IMG/VR virus record: IMGVR_UViG_3300033806_000075
From: an uncultured virus (IMG/VR IMGVR_UViG_3300033806_000075)
Taxonomy: Duplodnaviria; Heunggongvirae; Uroviricota; Caudoviricetes
Direction: 5' to 3' (one strand)
Length of the DNA stretch: 64,000 nucleotides
This document shows, one piece after another, positions 11,252 to 21,115 of the stretch. Positions within the stretch are counted from its first letter, which is position 1; the number at the start of each line of letters is the position of its first letter. The notes under the pieces are model-generated. The model was not told where the DNA came from, searched no databases, and saw nothing but the letters and a program-made list of their open reading frames with translations. A program made the position numbers and the translations under genes.

Positions 11252-11910
11252 CCGACATCGACATCGACGCGATGGAGCAGCGGCATATCGCCCGCCTCGA
11301 GCCTTGGGTAAAGCGCGGTGTCGTTCTCGTCTCCGGAAAGCTCGCTGATGCTCGGGCTCATGCCGAGAAGGCCGTGACCGACACGCTTCGACAAACCCCC
11401 GACGGCCGGGCTAGCGTGGCGCGGATCCGTCAGAACCCGTCCTTCCAGGCAGCACTCACCCGGCTCGATGAACTGCATACAGCGCTGGCCGGCTCGTCCG
11501 TCACGTCGATCTCGGGGCTAGTGCACGATGTGGCCGAGCATGCGTACGTCGATTCGCGCGATCTTTGGTGGGAGCAAATCGATCCGGACTATCGGGCGCC
11601 GTCGAAGGAGCCGACAAACGAGCAAAAAGCCAACGCTCGTGGGCTGCTCTGGTACGGTCTACCGGTGCGACAAGGCTTCAAGACTCAGTTCCAGGCTGCC
11701 CACAACAACCTGTTGATTGCCCTGAGTGCCGCCGGCTCAATCCAGGCGACCAATCGCGATGGCTTCACCGCCCTGCGCACCTGGGAAGAGAAGACCAAGG
11801 CGTCGATCCTGTCCCGACTCGGTGCCGCCCTAGTCGATGCCAACGTGCGAGCCGACCGGGAGGCGATGAAGCACACGATTCACCCAAAGTGGCATGCGCT
11901 GACTGACTGA
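11248..11910 (+). CDS. Helical protein, possibly the N-terminal half of a split MuF/head morphogenesis protein
   Basis: Translationally coupled (TGATG) to the MuF-motif gene. Confidence 0.45.
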   Translation: MTDIDIDAMEQRHIARLEPWVKRGVVLVSGKLADARAHAEKAVTDTLRQTPDGRASVARIRQNPSFQAALTRLDELHTALAGSSVTSISGLVHDVAEHAYVDSRDLWWEQIDPDYRAPSKEPTNEQKANARGLLWYGLPVRQGFKTQFQAAHNNLLIALSAAGSIQATNRDGFTALRTWEEKTKASILSRLGAALVDANVRADREAMKHTIHPKWHALTD

Positions 11911-13385
11911 TGGCCACGATTATTTGGCCAGGCACTCCGGGTGAGAGCTTCACCAACGACACGGGCAAGATCCTCTACCAGTGGATCTGCACGTGGCACA
12001 ACACCTGCGGAGCCTGCGCGCAATATTATCTCGCCATTGCTGAGTGGTGGTCGCCCCTTCACCATAACTGCCAGTGTTACTCAGTCCCAATATATCCTAA
12101 TGCGATTAGCCGTCAATACGAGAACTGGCAGGATGTCGTCTCCGGCCTACCGGAAGACCAACAGAAAGAGCTGGTCGGCGCCTCGAATTGGAAGCTGATC
12201 CAGGAAGGCGTTGTCGACTGGAGTGATGTGGTCACGAGCAGCCGGGTGAGGACGCTTGAGGAGGTGGTCTCCCGCGAACAGCTCGCAATCGAAGATATGA
12301 TCAAAGCCGGGGTCACGCCGAGGATTGCCGAACGCGCCTGGGCCAATGTGAACACGCCCGAGCACCAGTTGAGTGCGCAGCGACGGGCCGAAATACTCAA
12401 AAAGATCCAGGAACTTGGCGTTGGGCCGAAGACGCTCGCTGAGCACTTCGGCCAGCAGATGGCCTCCAAGGTCGGCATCGCGACCGGGCCAAGCGGACCG
12501 CAAACGATCCAGCGAGGCCAAGGGACACAACACTGGACCAAGCGAGTCTTGAGTGCGATCGCCGGCAAAATCAAGGCCGGCGTGCAATCGGTCGTGAGTC
12601 TCTTCAAGAGCAAGATGTCGAAGGCAAAGGCACCTGCGACCGCAACAGAGGCGCCTGCACCGCAACCGCTTACCAAGGTAAAGCCTGCTCCCGGCGAGAG
12701 AGCCGCACCGAAGCCGAAACCCATCGTCGTCAAGCCCTTGCCGAAGCAGGTCGCAGCGACGACCCCATCGTCTGCACCTTACACCGCATTTACGTCCGAA
12801 GCCGCGGTCGAGGCTTGGGGTGCACTGCATTACGGACCCGACTGGAAGGCAGCGCTGACACCGGCCCAGCTCACCGCGATTGAGCAATACACGGGTGGCG
12901 CGGCCATCAGACTGAACGATGCCTTGCGGAGCGGACCGAAGCCTACCGGCTTCTTGAAGACGATCGAAAAGAACCTTGACGCTCTGCTCGCGAGCAACCC
13001 AACGCCTGAGAATCTGACCGTTTACCGCGGCGTCAATCTCGATCGCATTCTCGCGAAGATAGGACTCTCCGGCCTGTCGGACCTGAAACCGGGGATGGAC
13101 TTGATCGACAAGGGCTACACCTCGACCAGCCCGTCCATCGATCGAGCGTGGGCTGGACCTAACCATCCCGACAACACACTGATCGAAATTCAAGTTCCGA
13201 GCGGCACACCGGGCGCCTACGTCGCCTCGGTTTCGACGGTCCTAAACGAGCATGAGTTCCTGCTTGGGCGACAAGTGGATACCTTCCGCATCGTCGAAGT
13301 CATACCATCGACTAACAAGCCGACGGTTCCGGATAAGATCGTGGTTGAGGCTCTCCAATCCGCCCAGCTCAAGGCGAGTAAGTAG
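11910..13385 (+). CDS. MuF-like head protein with C-terminal ADP-ribosyltransferase toxin domain
   Basis: N-terminal YQW...TCGAC...PLHHNCQC (MuF C..C/HxNCxC), Pro/Lys/Ala linker, then VYRG, YTSTS and EHEFLL (R-S-ExE, VIP2/Alt-like ART). Confidence 0.85.
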   Translation: MATIIWPGTPGESFTNDTGKILYQWICTWHNTCGACAQYYLAIAEWWSPLHHNCQCYSVPIYPNAISRQYENWQDVVSGLPEDQQKELVGASNWKLIQEGVVDWSDVVTSSRVRTLEEVVSREQLAIEDMIKAGVTPRIAERAWANVNTPEHQLSAQRRAEILKKIQELGVGPKTLAEHFGQQMASKVGIATGPSGPQTIQRGQGTQHWTKRVLSAIAGKIKAGVQSVVSLFKSKMSKAKAPATATEAPAPQPLTKVKPAPGERAAPKPKPIVVKPLPKQVAATTPSSAPYTAFTSEAAVEAWGALHYGPDWKAALTPAQLTAIEQYTGGAAIRLNDALRSGPKPTGFLKTIEKNLDALLASNPTPENLTVYRGVNLDRILAKIGLSGLSDLKPGMDLIDKGYTSTSPSIDRAWAGPNHPDNTLIEIQVPSGTPGAYVASVSTVLNEHEFLLGRQVDTFRIVEVIPSTNKPTVPDKIVVEALQSAQLKASK

Positions 13386-13389
13386 CGAA

Positions 13390-13671
13390 ATGGAAAGCCG
13401 CTTTTCAACGCCACCGCAAGCCATCGTAGCACCTCAGTGCATGCTTTGCCGACACTTCGTGCCTGGCGAGATCAACCAGTGCGACGCATTTCCCCATGGT
13501 ATACCAGATGCAATCCACGAGAATATGTTTGATCATCGGCGATTGTGGCCTGGACAGGACACAGGCGACGGTGCGAATACGATCACGTTCGACTCGCGTC
13601 CCGACGCGCCACGGGGCCTAATGGACGCCACCTTCGCTGTCATCGCTGAGCGCACATCCCCAGCCCGATGA
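13390..13671 (+). CDS. Putative immunity/partner protein of the MuF-ART
   Basis: Starts 4 nt after the toxin stop; QCMLCRH...CDAFPHGIPDAI...DHR..PG motif, of a type seen after MuF toxins. Confidence 0.6.
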   Translation: MESRFSTPPQAIVAPQCMLCRHFVPGEINQCDAFPHGIPDAIHENMFDHRRLWPGQDTGDGANTITFDSRPDAPRGLMDATFAVIAERTSPAR

Positions 13672-14372
13672 CCACTCCCGTATCACCGTCGCCGCCCCTT
13701 TCGGTCGTCTATTGTACAGACGAACACATCGCGATCCGCGCACCAGATGACTTTCTGCTGATCTGCCCGGGCTGGCAACAGCTCGCCGCCGGGACGGACG
13801 GATTTATCGGCAGGGATACACCATCGGTGCTCTCCTCACCCTCGACTGACTTCTACGACGCTGGAGTCCGGCCGGGACATGTTGTGCTGCTCACGGCACC
13901 CTCTACGCGGTTTACCGGCGGCGGTGAACTGTACGCGATTGAGAGCGTGGCGGAGCATCGGATGACGCTGCGACGGCTGGGCAAGCCGGCCGGCCAGGGC
14001 AAGCCACCCGGAATGCGGGGAGCGACCCTCAACGGCGTGGTCTTTACCATCAACACGCTGGACCCACAGATCGAGGACGCTAGCTTCTGGGCTAACACAA
14101 CCTTCGGCATCAACCCCCAGCTTGCCGGCCGCGCGCCTGCCAACGTCTACGACCTTCGGGACCTTCGTGATTTCACCGTCCTGACCGTAATCTGTCGCCG
14201 GCTTCAGGCTCAAGTGAACCCATCGGCCGGCAGTGCGGGCACGATCCGCCTGCAGGTCTTTCAGCAGGAGCTATCCGAGGTCCGAGCCCGCGTGCAGCTC
14301 CGCTGGAACCCGACCGACAGTGGGGGAGTGCCCCCGCCCACCAGTCCCTTCTCGACTCGCTTCATCCGCTGA
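13668..14372 (+). CDS. Putative head-tail adaptor/virion protein
   Basis: ATGA-coupled ORF in the head module. Confidence 0.45.
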   Translation: MTTPVSPSPPLSVVYCTDEHIAIRAPDDFLLICPGWQQLAAGTDGFIGRDTPSVLSSPSTDFYDAGVRPGHVVLLTAPSTRFTGGGELYAIESVAEHRMTLRRLGKPAGQGKPPGMRGATLNGVVFTINTLDPQIEDASFWANTTFGINPQLAGRAPANVYDLRDLRDFTVLTVICRRLQAQVNPSAGSAGTIRLQVFQQELSEVRARVQLRWNPTDSGGVPPPTSPFSTRFIR

Positions 14373-14390
14373 TTATTCCGGATCACATCC

Positions 14391-14732
14391 ATGGCCAAAC
14401 CTACTGACCCAGGCGCCGGTTCGTCCCCGGCCAAGCATTTCGCCGTACCGCACCAGCAAAAGTATCCCGTCCACAACGAGGCTGCAGCCAAGGGCTCACT
14501 CGGCGCTGTGGCACGGCACGGGACGGCTGCCGAGAAGGCCCAGGTCCGTGCTGCCGTCGCGGCTCGGCATCCCGGCATGCAGCAGTCTACCAAAGCCGTG
14601 ACGATGTGCCCGATGTGTCCGCCCGAAAGCAAAGCACCGCAAAGCATGGGTCCGATGCCTATGCCTCCAGGCAAGGCCAGCTCGCCCTGGGAAGCCGCGC
14701 TCTCCAAGGTAAAGCCTAACCCCACCAAGTAA
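14391..14732 (+). CDS. Small basic protein, paralogue 1 (DUF6582-like)
   Basis: FAVP..KYPVH...HGTAAEKAQVRAAVAARHPG, shared with the next ORF. Confidence 0.6.
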   Translation: MAKPTDPGAGSSPAKHFAVPHQQKYPVHNEAAAKGSLGAVARHGTAAEKAQVRAAVAARHPGMQQSTKAVTMCPMCPPESKAPQSMGPMPMPPGKASSPWEAALSKVKPNPTK

Positions 14733-14776
14733 CCACATCGACCGTTCAGCAAAGCCAACAAGTCGGGAGCAACACC

Positions 14777-15001
14777 ATGGGACAGCTCACTAGCAAAGGC
14801 CGCAATCAAATCAAGGATAGTAACTTTGCTATCCCAGAAACACGTTCTTATCCAATTCAAGATGCTACCCACGCCAGAAACGCTCTGGCCAGAGTGGCAC
14901 AGAACGGCACACCAGCCGAGAAGGCCAAGGTCCGCGCCGCCGTTGCTCGCAAGTACCCAGGCATCGAGCAAAGCAACCCAACCAAGGGTAAGGGCAAGTA
15001 G
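14777..15001 (+). CDS. Small basic protein, paralogue 2 (DUF6582-like)
   Basis: GGAG RBS; FAIP..SYPIQDATHARNALARV..NGTPAEKAKVRAAVARKYPG. Confidence 0.7.
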   Translation: MGQLTSKGRNQIKDSNFAIPETRSYPIQDATHARNALARVAQNGTPAEKAKVRAAVARKYPGIEQSNPTKGKGK

Positions 15002-15049
15002 ACTCCGCGGCTGTAGCCCGCATCCTACCGAAACGGGTTAATCCTTCTC

Positions 15050-15907
15050 ATGTCCAGCCACCATTACATCGAAGCCGTCACCGTCTGCGTGAATTACGCG
15101 GACATTCTAGCAGAGACGATACCGGCCAACCGCGCCCACCTGGACCGCTGGCTGATCGTCACCTCACCCGAAGACCGGGCCACACTCGATCTTTGCCACA
15201 GGCATAACCTCGAAGCCGTCATCACTCGCGATTTCTATCGCGATGGCGATGATTTCAACAAGGGCCGGGGTATCGAGCGCGGTCTGGGCATGCTGGCGCA
15301 TCGAGACTGGCTCCTGCACTTGGACGCCGACATCGCGCTGCCAGCCTGCTTTCGCGAAAGCCTCGATGACGCTGACCTCGACCCGGCCTGCATCTACGGT
15401 GTCGATCGGCTCTTGGTTCAGGGCTGGGACGCCTGGCAACAGCTCAAGGCCAAGGGATGGCTGCGCCGGGCCTGGCACTGCTGCGTGGCTTCAAACGGCT
15501 ACCCCGTCGGCACCCGGTGGGCCGATATCCGCTACGGTTGGGTGCCGATCGGCTACTTCCAGCTCTGGCACAGGTCCGCCGACCATCGCGAGGGCATCCG
15601 GCTCCGCCGCTACCCGGACAACCACCAGAATGCAGCCAGGGCCGACGTGAAATTTTCCCTCCAGTGGGATCGTAGGCAGCGGCAGCTCCTGCCTGAGGTC
15701 CTCGTGGCGCACCTCGAATCCGAGCCGGCTGAGAACGGCAAGAACTGGAACGGCCGCAAGACCAAGCCGTTCGGCCCCCAGCCTCAGAATTACACCATCG
15801 GCCCGAAACCCGAACGCCTCAAAGTTGTGGGCTCCGATACACCGGCGACCGATGCCGAGTGGTGGCCGCATCACCACGATCACCACCCTCACTGGCCGGT
15901 GAGCTAA
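15050..15907 (+). CDS. Glycosyltransferase-like protein (GT-A fold)
   Basis: AVTVCVNY, FNKGRGI, LHLDADI (DxD), GYFQLW, D..F, VAHL. Confidence 0.75.
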   Translation: MSSHHYIEAVTVCVNYADILAETIPANRAHLDRWLIVTSPEDRATLDLCHRHNLEAVITRDFYRDGDDFNKGRGIERGLGMLAHRDWLLHLDADIALPACFRESLDDADLDPACIYGVDRLLVQGWDAWQQLKAKGWLRRAWHCCVASNGYPVGTRWADIRYGWVPIGYFQLWHRSADHREGIRLRRYPDNHQNAARADVKFSLQWDRRQRQLLPEVLVAHLESEPAENGKNWNGRKTKPFGPQPQNYTIGPKPERLKVVGSDTPATDAEWWPHHHDHHPHWPVS

Positions 15908-15987
15908 TCCACGAGTGGGTCTGACATCATCGTTCCAGTGCAAAATGCGATGACCACCCTTTGCAAGCGAGCTGAGGGGATCGACTC

Positions 15988-18900
15988 ATGCTTCAATGTC
16001 TGACGCGACCTGCGACCGGCGGGGGGTGGATCTCCGGACCCCAGATCGGCTACGGCATCCAGGGTCAGTATTTCAACAATCCGAGCCTCTCGGGCTCTCC
16101 CGTCTTCACGCGATGGGACAACCGGATCAGCTTTCTGTGGCCAGACGGCAATGCACACCCCGCCGGCACACCGGACCCGGCATATGCCGGCGTCGGGCCT
16201 ACCTATTGGTCCGCAAAATGGGTCGGCACGCTGGTACCGGCCTTCAGCGAACCTTACACAATCATCGTCGAGTCGGCTGCCAGCAGTGTCGAGCTTTGGA
16301 TCACGCCCTCCGGGCAAGCTCAGGGCTCCTCGGTCATCGTAGTCCGCACCCCTCACGAGCAGACGGTCAACACGGCGCCGGTGGCTCTCACGGCGGGCCA
16401 GCAGTATACCGTCGAGCTCCATCTCACGCAGGGCGATGCAGCTCTCCAGCAGATTCGCCTTCAGTGGTTAAGCCCCAGCACGCCGCTGGAGGACATCGAG
16501 CCCATCACTCAGGTTGGGCTAAACGTCGATGGCGGAGATGCTGTGTTTGCCAATCTCGTCAATGGTGGCACGCGTAATTACTGGTGGCCATCGACATCTC
16601 ACGACACCACCGTTCCGACTGGCTGCAACGGATGGCCGAAGGCGGATGCCCAGATCATGCTCGCCGAGGGAGACATCACCGTCCGCTCAGGCGGTTCCTA
16701 CCTCCTGCAGTTCAAAGGTAAGGCCACCGTCTCGTGTTGGCCTCAGAATGTGAACTGGATCGCCGGGGGCGCAAACCTCCAGTCTAGCACACTCCAGTCC
16801 GGTCAAGGCTACGATCCTGTTCGCAACGTTACGACGGCTACCATGGTTGTGCCTCCAGGGTCTGATGCATACATATATTTGACATTCAAGGATACATCCC
16901 GGGATGGTACCCAGGCACTCGGCACTGGCATCACAGACCTGTATGTGATGCAGCCGTCAACTCTTGGGGGAGCCACACCGGTACCGGTTCAAACGCTTCT
17001 CACACCCGCCGCACAACAGATGTTCTCGCAGTACACGGTATTGCGCATGACTGGCCCAACTGGCTCCGGCGCGAATCCCGGAACGCTCGTGTCCACATGG
17101 CCTGAACGTACGCTGCCGGGATACGTGTTCTGGACGGGGAACACATACGGTGGCGGTGCTGATGTCACCGCCGGCATCCAGAGCGTATCGGCGCCCACAG
17201 GCGTACCCTACGAAATCCTCATCGCCTTGGCCAATCAAACCGGGAAGGACCTCTATCTCAACGTCCCGATTTTGGCGTCTCCTACGCATGTTGCGAATCT
17301 GGCAAAGCTCTGCGCATACGGAAGTGACGGCGTAAATCCCTACACAGGTCCGCAGGCCAAACCAACCTGGGCACCGCTGAACCCGAACTTGAAACTGTAC
17401 ATCGAGGTCTCGAATGAGACCTGGAACTCGGGCTACGTGCACGCCGAAACGCGGTGCAACGGCTGGGCAAACCAGATCAGTCAGAGAGCTCTCTATGACT
17501 ATCTTACTAACAACCGAAATGATCCTCTTTATCCGGGCGGAGGCTGTAACGCCTACGATGACGGCCGCATCCTCTGCTCTTATTACGGCCTGACGCCAGC
17601 CAATAGCACTACCTTTCTTGCCACTTACAACGAACGTCCATCTCCGTCGAGCGACGGTGGCTCACCCCAGTACTTCTCGAATTCCGGAGGAAACATCAAT
17701 GGCTACTGGGCTGGCCAGGGATGGATCGGGCTGCGACTCGTCCAAATCGCCACCGCGTTCAAGAAAGCCTTCGGCGAAACTAACCTCAACGCAGTCGATG
17801 CCTCAAGTCGCATCCGACCGCTCTTTGAGTGGCAGTATGGTGGTATGTGGGCCGGTGCCCTCGATTTTATAGACACTGTTTACGCTGGCAGTCACCCCGT
17901 CAACTATTATCTCTACGGCGGTGGCGGGGCTTGGTACGCGGATAGTGTGGTCGGCGGTTTCACCGACGTCACCTTTCAGGACGGCTATTTTGCGAGCGGC
18001 CTTGCGCAGTGGACTTCGATCGGCACTACAGGCCTAGCTGCGAACGGTTCGGACTTGGGAACTCCCGACGCGCCGCCTCTATTTGCCCCGATTGCCGTCA
18101 GCAATGGAGCGATAGAGTCAGATAGCACAGTCACGATCACGACCACCGTTCCGCATAATCTCGTGGCCGGCCAGACCGTCAACGTGCAAGGGGTTGCCAG
18201 CGGGGACTACAACGCCTGGGGAGTGACGATTGCCTCGGTACCCTCACCCAACACGCTGACGTACACGACGACCAAGACTGGTCTGGCACCGTCTGGGTGC
18301 GGAAAGGTGAGCGGTCCCAACGGGCTCAAGCAGGTGGCCTATCTAGCTCCTGGCGCGAGCATCAGCCAGGACGTCACCTTCAGTGGCGGGTATGCGGATA
18401 TAACCTTCTACCTGGCCCAGTCGGTGCCACCAGTCTACCTACGCGGACTCACAATCACGCTAACCCCCAGCGATTCTGGTCCTACGATTAACGGAGGCCA
18501 GCCAATCCCATCGGCCGAGTGCGACGATGGAGCTCCTTGTTTCTCCGGCGGTCAGGGCCAGTTTACCTGGCAGCGATCGATAGCATTTGATACCGGCAAT
18601 GAGTCCTATCGCTACACCGTGACTTTCTCCAACACGTTGTCGTCCGGAAATCTCTTCCTTTCCGGCCTGGCAATTCAGACGGTCAACGGCCTCTTCGCCG
18701 AACAGTCTTTAAACCCTGTGTCTGTCACCGCCACAATTCAGTCTGACATTGCCCTTACGCTGCGGTACGGTCTGCACCACGTTGGGTACGAAGGCGGCTT
18801 TGACTTCGCGCAAAATGCCGGCCTGGGTGCCGATGGATATCAGGCTATGGGCTGGCGAGGTTGGAGCAGCTCTACGCCTAACGTGGGGGCTCGTGCCAAC

Positions 18901-19458
18901 CTCGATGCTCGCACCATTCCGCTGGCCGTAAGAACACTCCAGGAATACTTTGCGGCCGGTGGCATTCTGCCGGTCGAGGCTAGCGCGACAAGCAACCTCA
19001 ACAGTTGGGCAATCGCAGCTCCAACGTATCATAACGTCGATACGCCCAAGTTTGAGGCAGTCAAGTCGATCGAGTCGGCCCAGCAGCCATCGACATATGG
19101 CACGCCGCCAGATCAGCAAGTTGGCCTAGACACGTGGCTGACCTCGCCTTCGGACAACCAACCGCGGATAACTCGCGTCTTCAATGTGCCCGCAGGACTC
19201 TACACACTCAACCTCATATTCGGAACTCACTGGGGACCTCCGGTGCGCACTGAGCCGGTACATGTCCTACTCGACGGTACACTCGTTATGGTGCTCCACG
19301 TCCAGACCGGGCCCGGCGGCACATTCGACATACCCATCGGGAAACTCGCTGCAGGGCAGCACGCGGTAACACTCGTCAGCGCGTTTCCAGCCACGGACAA
19401 CCCTGGTGAGTCGGGGCTCTTGGTCCAGTCTATGACGCTCGCCACCACGTCCGCCTAA
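15988..19458 (+). CDS. PA14 domain + putative glycoside hydrolase (virion depolymerase candidate)
   Basis: GIQGQYFNN..L.G.P..TRWD..I.F.W (PA14), LYLNVP, YIEVSNETWN and HVGYEGG (clan GH-A-like Glu pair), C-terminal beta-sandwich. Start uncertain. Confidence 0.7.
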   Translation: MLQCLTRPATGGGWISGPQIGYGIQGQYFNNPSLSGSPVFTRWDNRISFLWPDGNAHPAGTPDPAYAGVGPTYWSAKWVGTLVPAFSEPYTIIVESAASSVELWITPSGQAQGSSVIVVRTPHEQTVNTAPVALTAGQQYTVELHLTQGDAALQQIRLQWLSPSTPLEDIEPITQVGLNVDGGDAVFANLVNGGTRNYWWPSTSHDTTVPTGCNGWPKADAQIMLAEGDITVRSGGSYLLQFKGKATVSCWPQNVNWIAGGANLQSSTLQSGQGYDPVRNVTTATMVVPPGSDAYIYLTFKDTSRDGTQALGTGITDLYVMQPSTLGGATPVPVQTLLTPAAQQMFSQYTVLRMTGPTGSGANPGTLVSTWPERTLPGYVFWTGNTYGGGADVTAGIQSVSAPTGVPYEILIALANQTGKDLYLNVPILASPTHVANLAKLCAYGSDGVNPYTGPQAKPTWAPLNPNLKLYIEVSNETWNSGYVHAETRCNGWANQISQRALYDYLTNNRNDPLYPGGGCNAYDDGRILCSYYGLTPANSTTFLATYNERPSPSSDGGSPQYFSNSGGNINGYWAGQGWIGLRLVQIATAFKKAFGETNLNAVDASSRIRPLFEWQYGGMWAGALDFIDTVYAGSHPVNYYLYGGGGAWYADSVVGGFTDVTFQDGYFASGLAQWTSIGTTGLAANGSDLGTPDAPPLFAPIAVSNGAIESDSTVTITTTVPHNLVAGQTVNVQGVASGDYNAWGVTIASVPSPNTLTYTTTKTGLAPSGCGKVSGPNGLKQVAYLAPGASISQDVTFSGGYADITFYLAQSVPPVYLRGLTITLTPSDSGPTINGGQPIPSAECDDGAPCFSGGQGQFTWQRSIAFDTGNESYRYTVTFSNTLSSGNLFLSGLAIQTVNGLFAEQSLNPVSVTATIQSDIALTLRYGLHHVGYEGGFDFAQNAGLGADGYQAMGWRGWSSSTPNVGARANLDARTIPLAVRTLQEYFAAGGILPVEASATSNLNSWAIAAPTYHNVDTPKFEAVKSIESAQQPSTYGTPPDQQVGLDTWLTSPSDNQPRITRVFNVPAGLYTLNLIFGTHWGPPVRTEPVHVLLDGTLVMVLHVQTGPGGTFDIPIGKLAAGQHAVTLVSAFPATDNPGESGLLVQSMTLATTSA

Positions 19459-19518
19459 TACATTTCCTCTTCTCCCGCATTTTCTTGCTCAAAAACCTTC
19501 CCGATCTGAGGAAAACAC

Positions 19519-19971
19519 ATGGCTCTGCTGATTCCTCGCGAAGGTGACGTTCAGCTTTTGACCGACCTCTTGGGCGGCGGAACGCTAGAGAACTGGTCCC
19601 TTCGCCTCTTTAACTCCAACATCACGCCGGCCGAGACCGACGTAGCGTCGACCTACACGGCTCACGAGACGGCCTTCACCGGCTATTCCGCCAAGACGCT
19701 CACGCGGTCCGTGGGGAGCTCCACATGGAACACCCCCGTATCGCAGGCACCCAGCGGAGCCCCGTGGTCCAGCCGGACCCAGGTCGGCCACAGCCAGTAC
19801 GGCTCGGCCCCACAGCAGTGGACCTGCACAGGCACAGGGGACACGATCTACGGCTATTTCATCACCGGCGCCACAAGCAGCAAGCTGATCATGGCTGAGG
19901 CATTCGCGGCGTCGCGAACGCTAGCTAATGGGGATTCACTGTCGATCACACCTATTTTCGAAAACGCATGA
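19519..19971 (+). CDS. Tail-associated structural protein
   Basis: GAGG RBS; LRLF...FTGYS...IYGYFI...AEAF...GDSLSITP pattern common in tail-fibre-associated genes. Confidence 0.65.
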   Translation: MALLIPREGDVQLLTDLLGGGTLENWSLRLFNSNITPAETDVASTYTAHETAFTGYSAKTLTRSVGSSTWNTPVSQAPSGAPWSSRTQVGHSQYGSAPQQWTCTGTGDTIYGYFITGATSSKLIMAEAFAASRTLANGDSLSITPIFENA

Positions 19972-20198
19972 TCATGCGCCTACCTCACGTTGCGATCGCG
20001 CCGGCTTACCTCGTCACGGCAGGGATCGCCGGCCTCATCGTTGAGTTGATCGTGATCGTGCTTAACCAGATACGATACGGCACCTGGTCGTCGCCGGGCC
20101 AGCCGACAATCTCCACGACCGTCACCACCTTCGGGCGCGCTCACCTCTGGGTCCTCGTGGTCCTCGGCTCGCTTCTGTGGCACTTCTTCGGGGGTTAA
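19968..20198 (+). CDS. Small two-TM membrane protein (holin candidate)
   Basis: Two hydrophobic segments in 76 aa. Confidence 0.4.
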   Translation: MIMRLPHVAIAPAYLVTAGIAGLIVELIVIVLNQIRYGTWSSPGQPTISTTVTTFGRAHLWVLVVLGSLLWHFFGG

Positions 20199-20202
20199 GG
20201 CG

Positions 20203-20694
20203 ATGCCCGTTGTACTCACCGACGATCAGGTCAAGGACGAGATCCAGAACTCGAGCGGCCCGCTCTACGCGGCCTACCAGGAAGCGGTTACGGCCGGCAG
20301 CTCGGCGATGCTCTGCGATGCGATCAATTCCAGGTCCCGACCCGGCGCTGGGCTCATCGATCGCGTCCAGGTTGATATTCGGGATCCGGCGGTCCGCTCG
20401 ATGTTGATCTACGCCTGGGTCCAAGTCCGAAACTCGACTGACGCCAAGTTAGGCCAAGACTACAACACGCTCATCACCCTGATCAGCGCCGTCGGCGTGA
20501 TCGATCCCAGCGATCCCAACGTCGTCGCGGCCATGCTCCAGGCTCAGACAGATGGAATCGTCACCGACACAGTCCTCGGCCCGGTCCTCAAGCGAATTGG
20601 TAGCCGCGCCGAAGTCCTCGCCGGCGATGGCGGAGACGGGACCATCGTGCCCATGGACCAGGTCAACAGAGTGCTCGCGAGACTCAGTTCCTGA
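20203..20694 (+). CDS. Hypothetical protein
   Basis: Tightly packed ORF; SRAEVL motif. Confidence 0.6.
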   Translation: MPVVLTDDQVKDEIQNSSGPLYAAYQEAVTAGSSAMLCDAINSRSRPGAGLIDRVQVDIRDPAVRSMLIYAWVQVRNSTDAKLGQDYNTLITLISAVGVIDPSDPNVVAAMLQAQTDGIVTDTVLGPVLKRIGSRAEVLAGDGGDGTIVPMDQVNRVLARLSS

Positions 20695-20751
20695 ATCGCA
20701 GATCAATCGCCATCGGCCTTTCTATACTCACTTCCACGAGAGGACGCTTTC

Positions 20752-21102
20752 ATGGCATCTCCAATTGCCCTCGTTACGTTCACATGGACCTCACAGCCAA
20801 CTCCACTTCCTGTGGGGACCTCACCAGTGGACCACTTTCTGCTCATAATCACAGATACAAACCGGACGCTCGTCTTCCAAAAGAATGGCATCCCCGCCGC
20901 GGCTACCAGTTACACGACGACAACGGCCGACAACCTGACGTTTGTGCCGGCAGGCAACCCATACACCGTCACCGTGACAGCCTACGATGCGTCCGGATTC
21001 GCATCGCTGGCCCCGGCCGCTGCAATCTTTGAGGCGTTACCGCCGGTGAATCGCCCCTACACGCCAGCCCCGCTCACTGTTGGCACAGTTTCCTGGGCGT
21101 GA
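20752..21102 (+). CDS. FN3/Ig-like small protein
   Basis: GAGG RBS; TFTW...YTVTVTAYDASG. Confidence 0.6.
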   Translation: MASPIALVTFTWTSQPTPLPVGTSPVDHFLLIITDTNRTLVFQKNGIPAAATSYTTTTADNLTFVPAGNPYTVTVTAYDASGFASLAPAAAIFEALPPVNRPYTPAPLTVGTVSWA

Positions 21103-21115
21103 GGGAAGCTGAATC

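Noticed and set aside
12147..13193. Long antisense ORFs (also 5317-6285 and similar)
   Set aside because: Shadows of well-supported plus-strand genes in GC-rich DNA; no motifs.
19968..20694. Holin-endolysin cassette
   Set aside because: The membrane protein is plausible as a holin, but the neighbouring ORFs show no peptidoglycan hydrolase motif.
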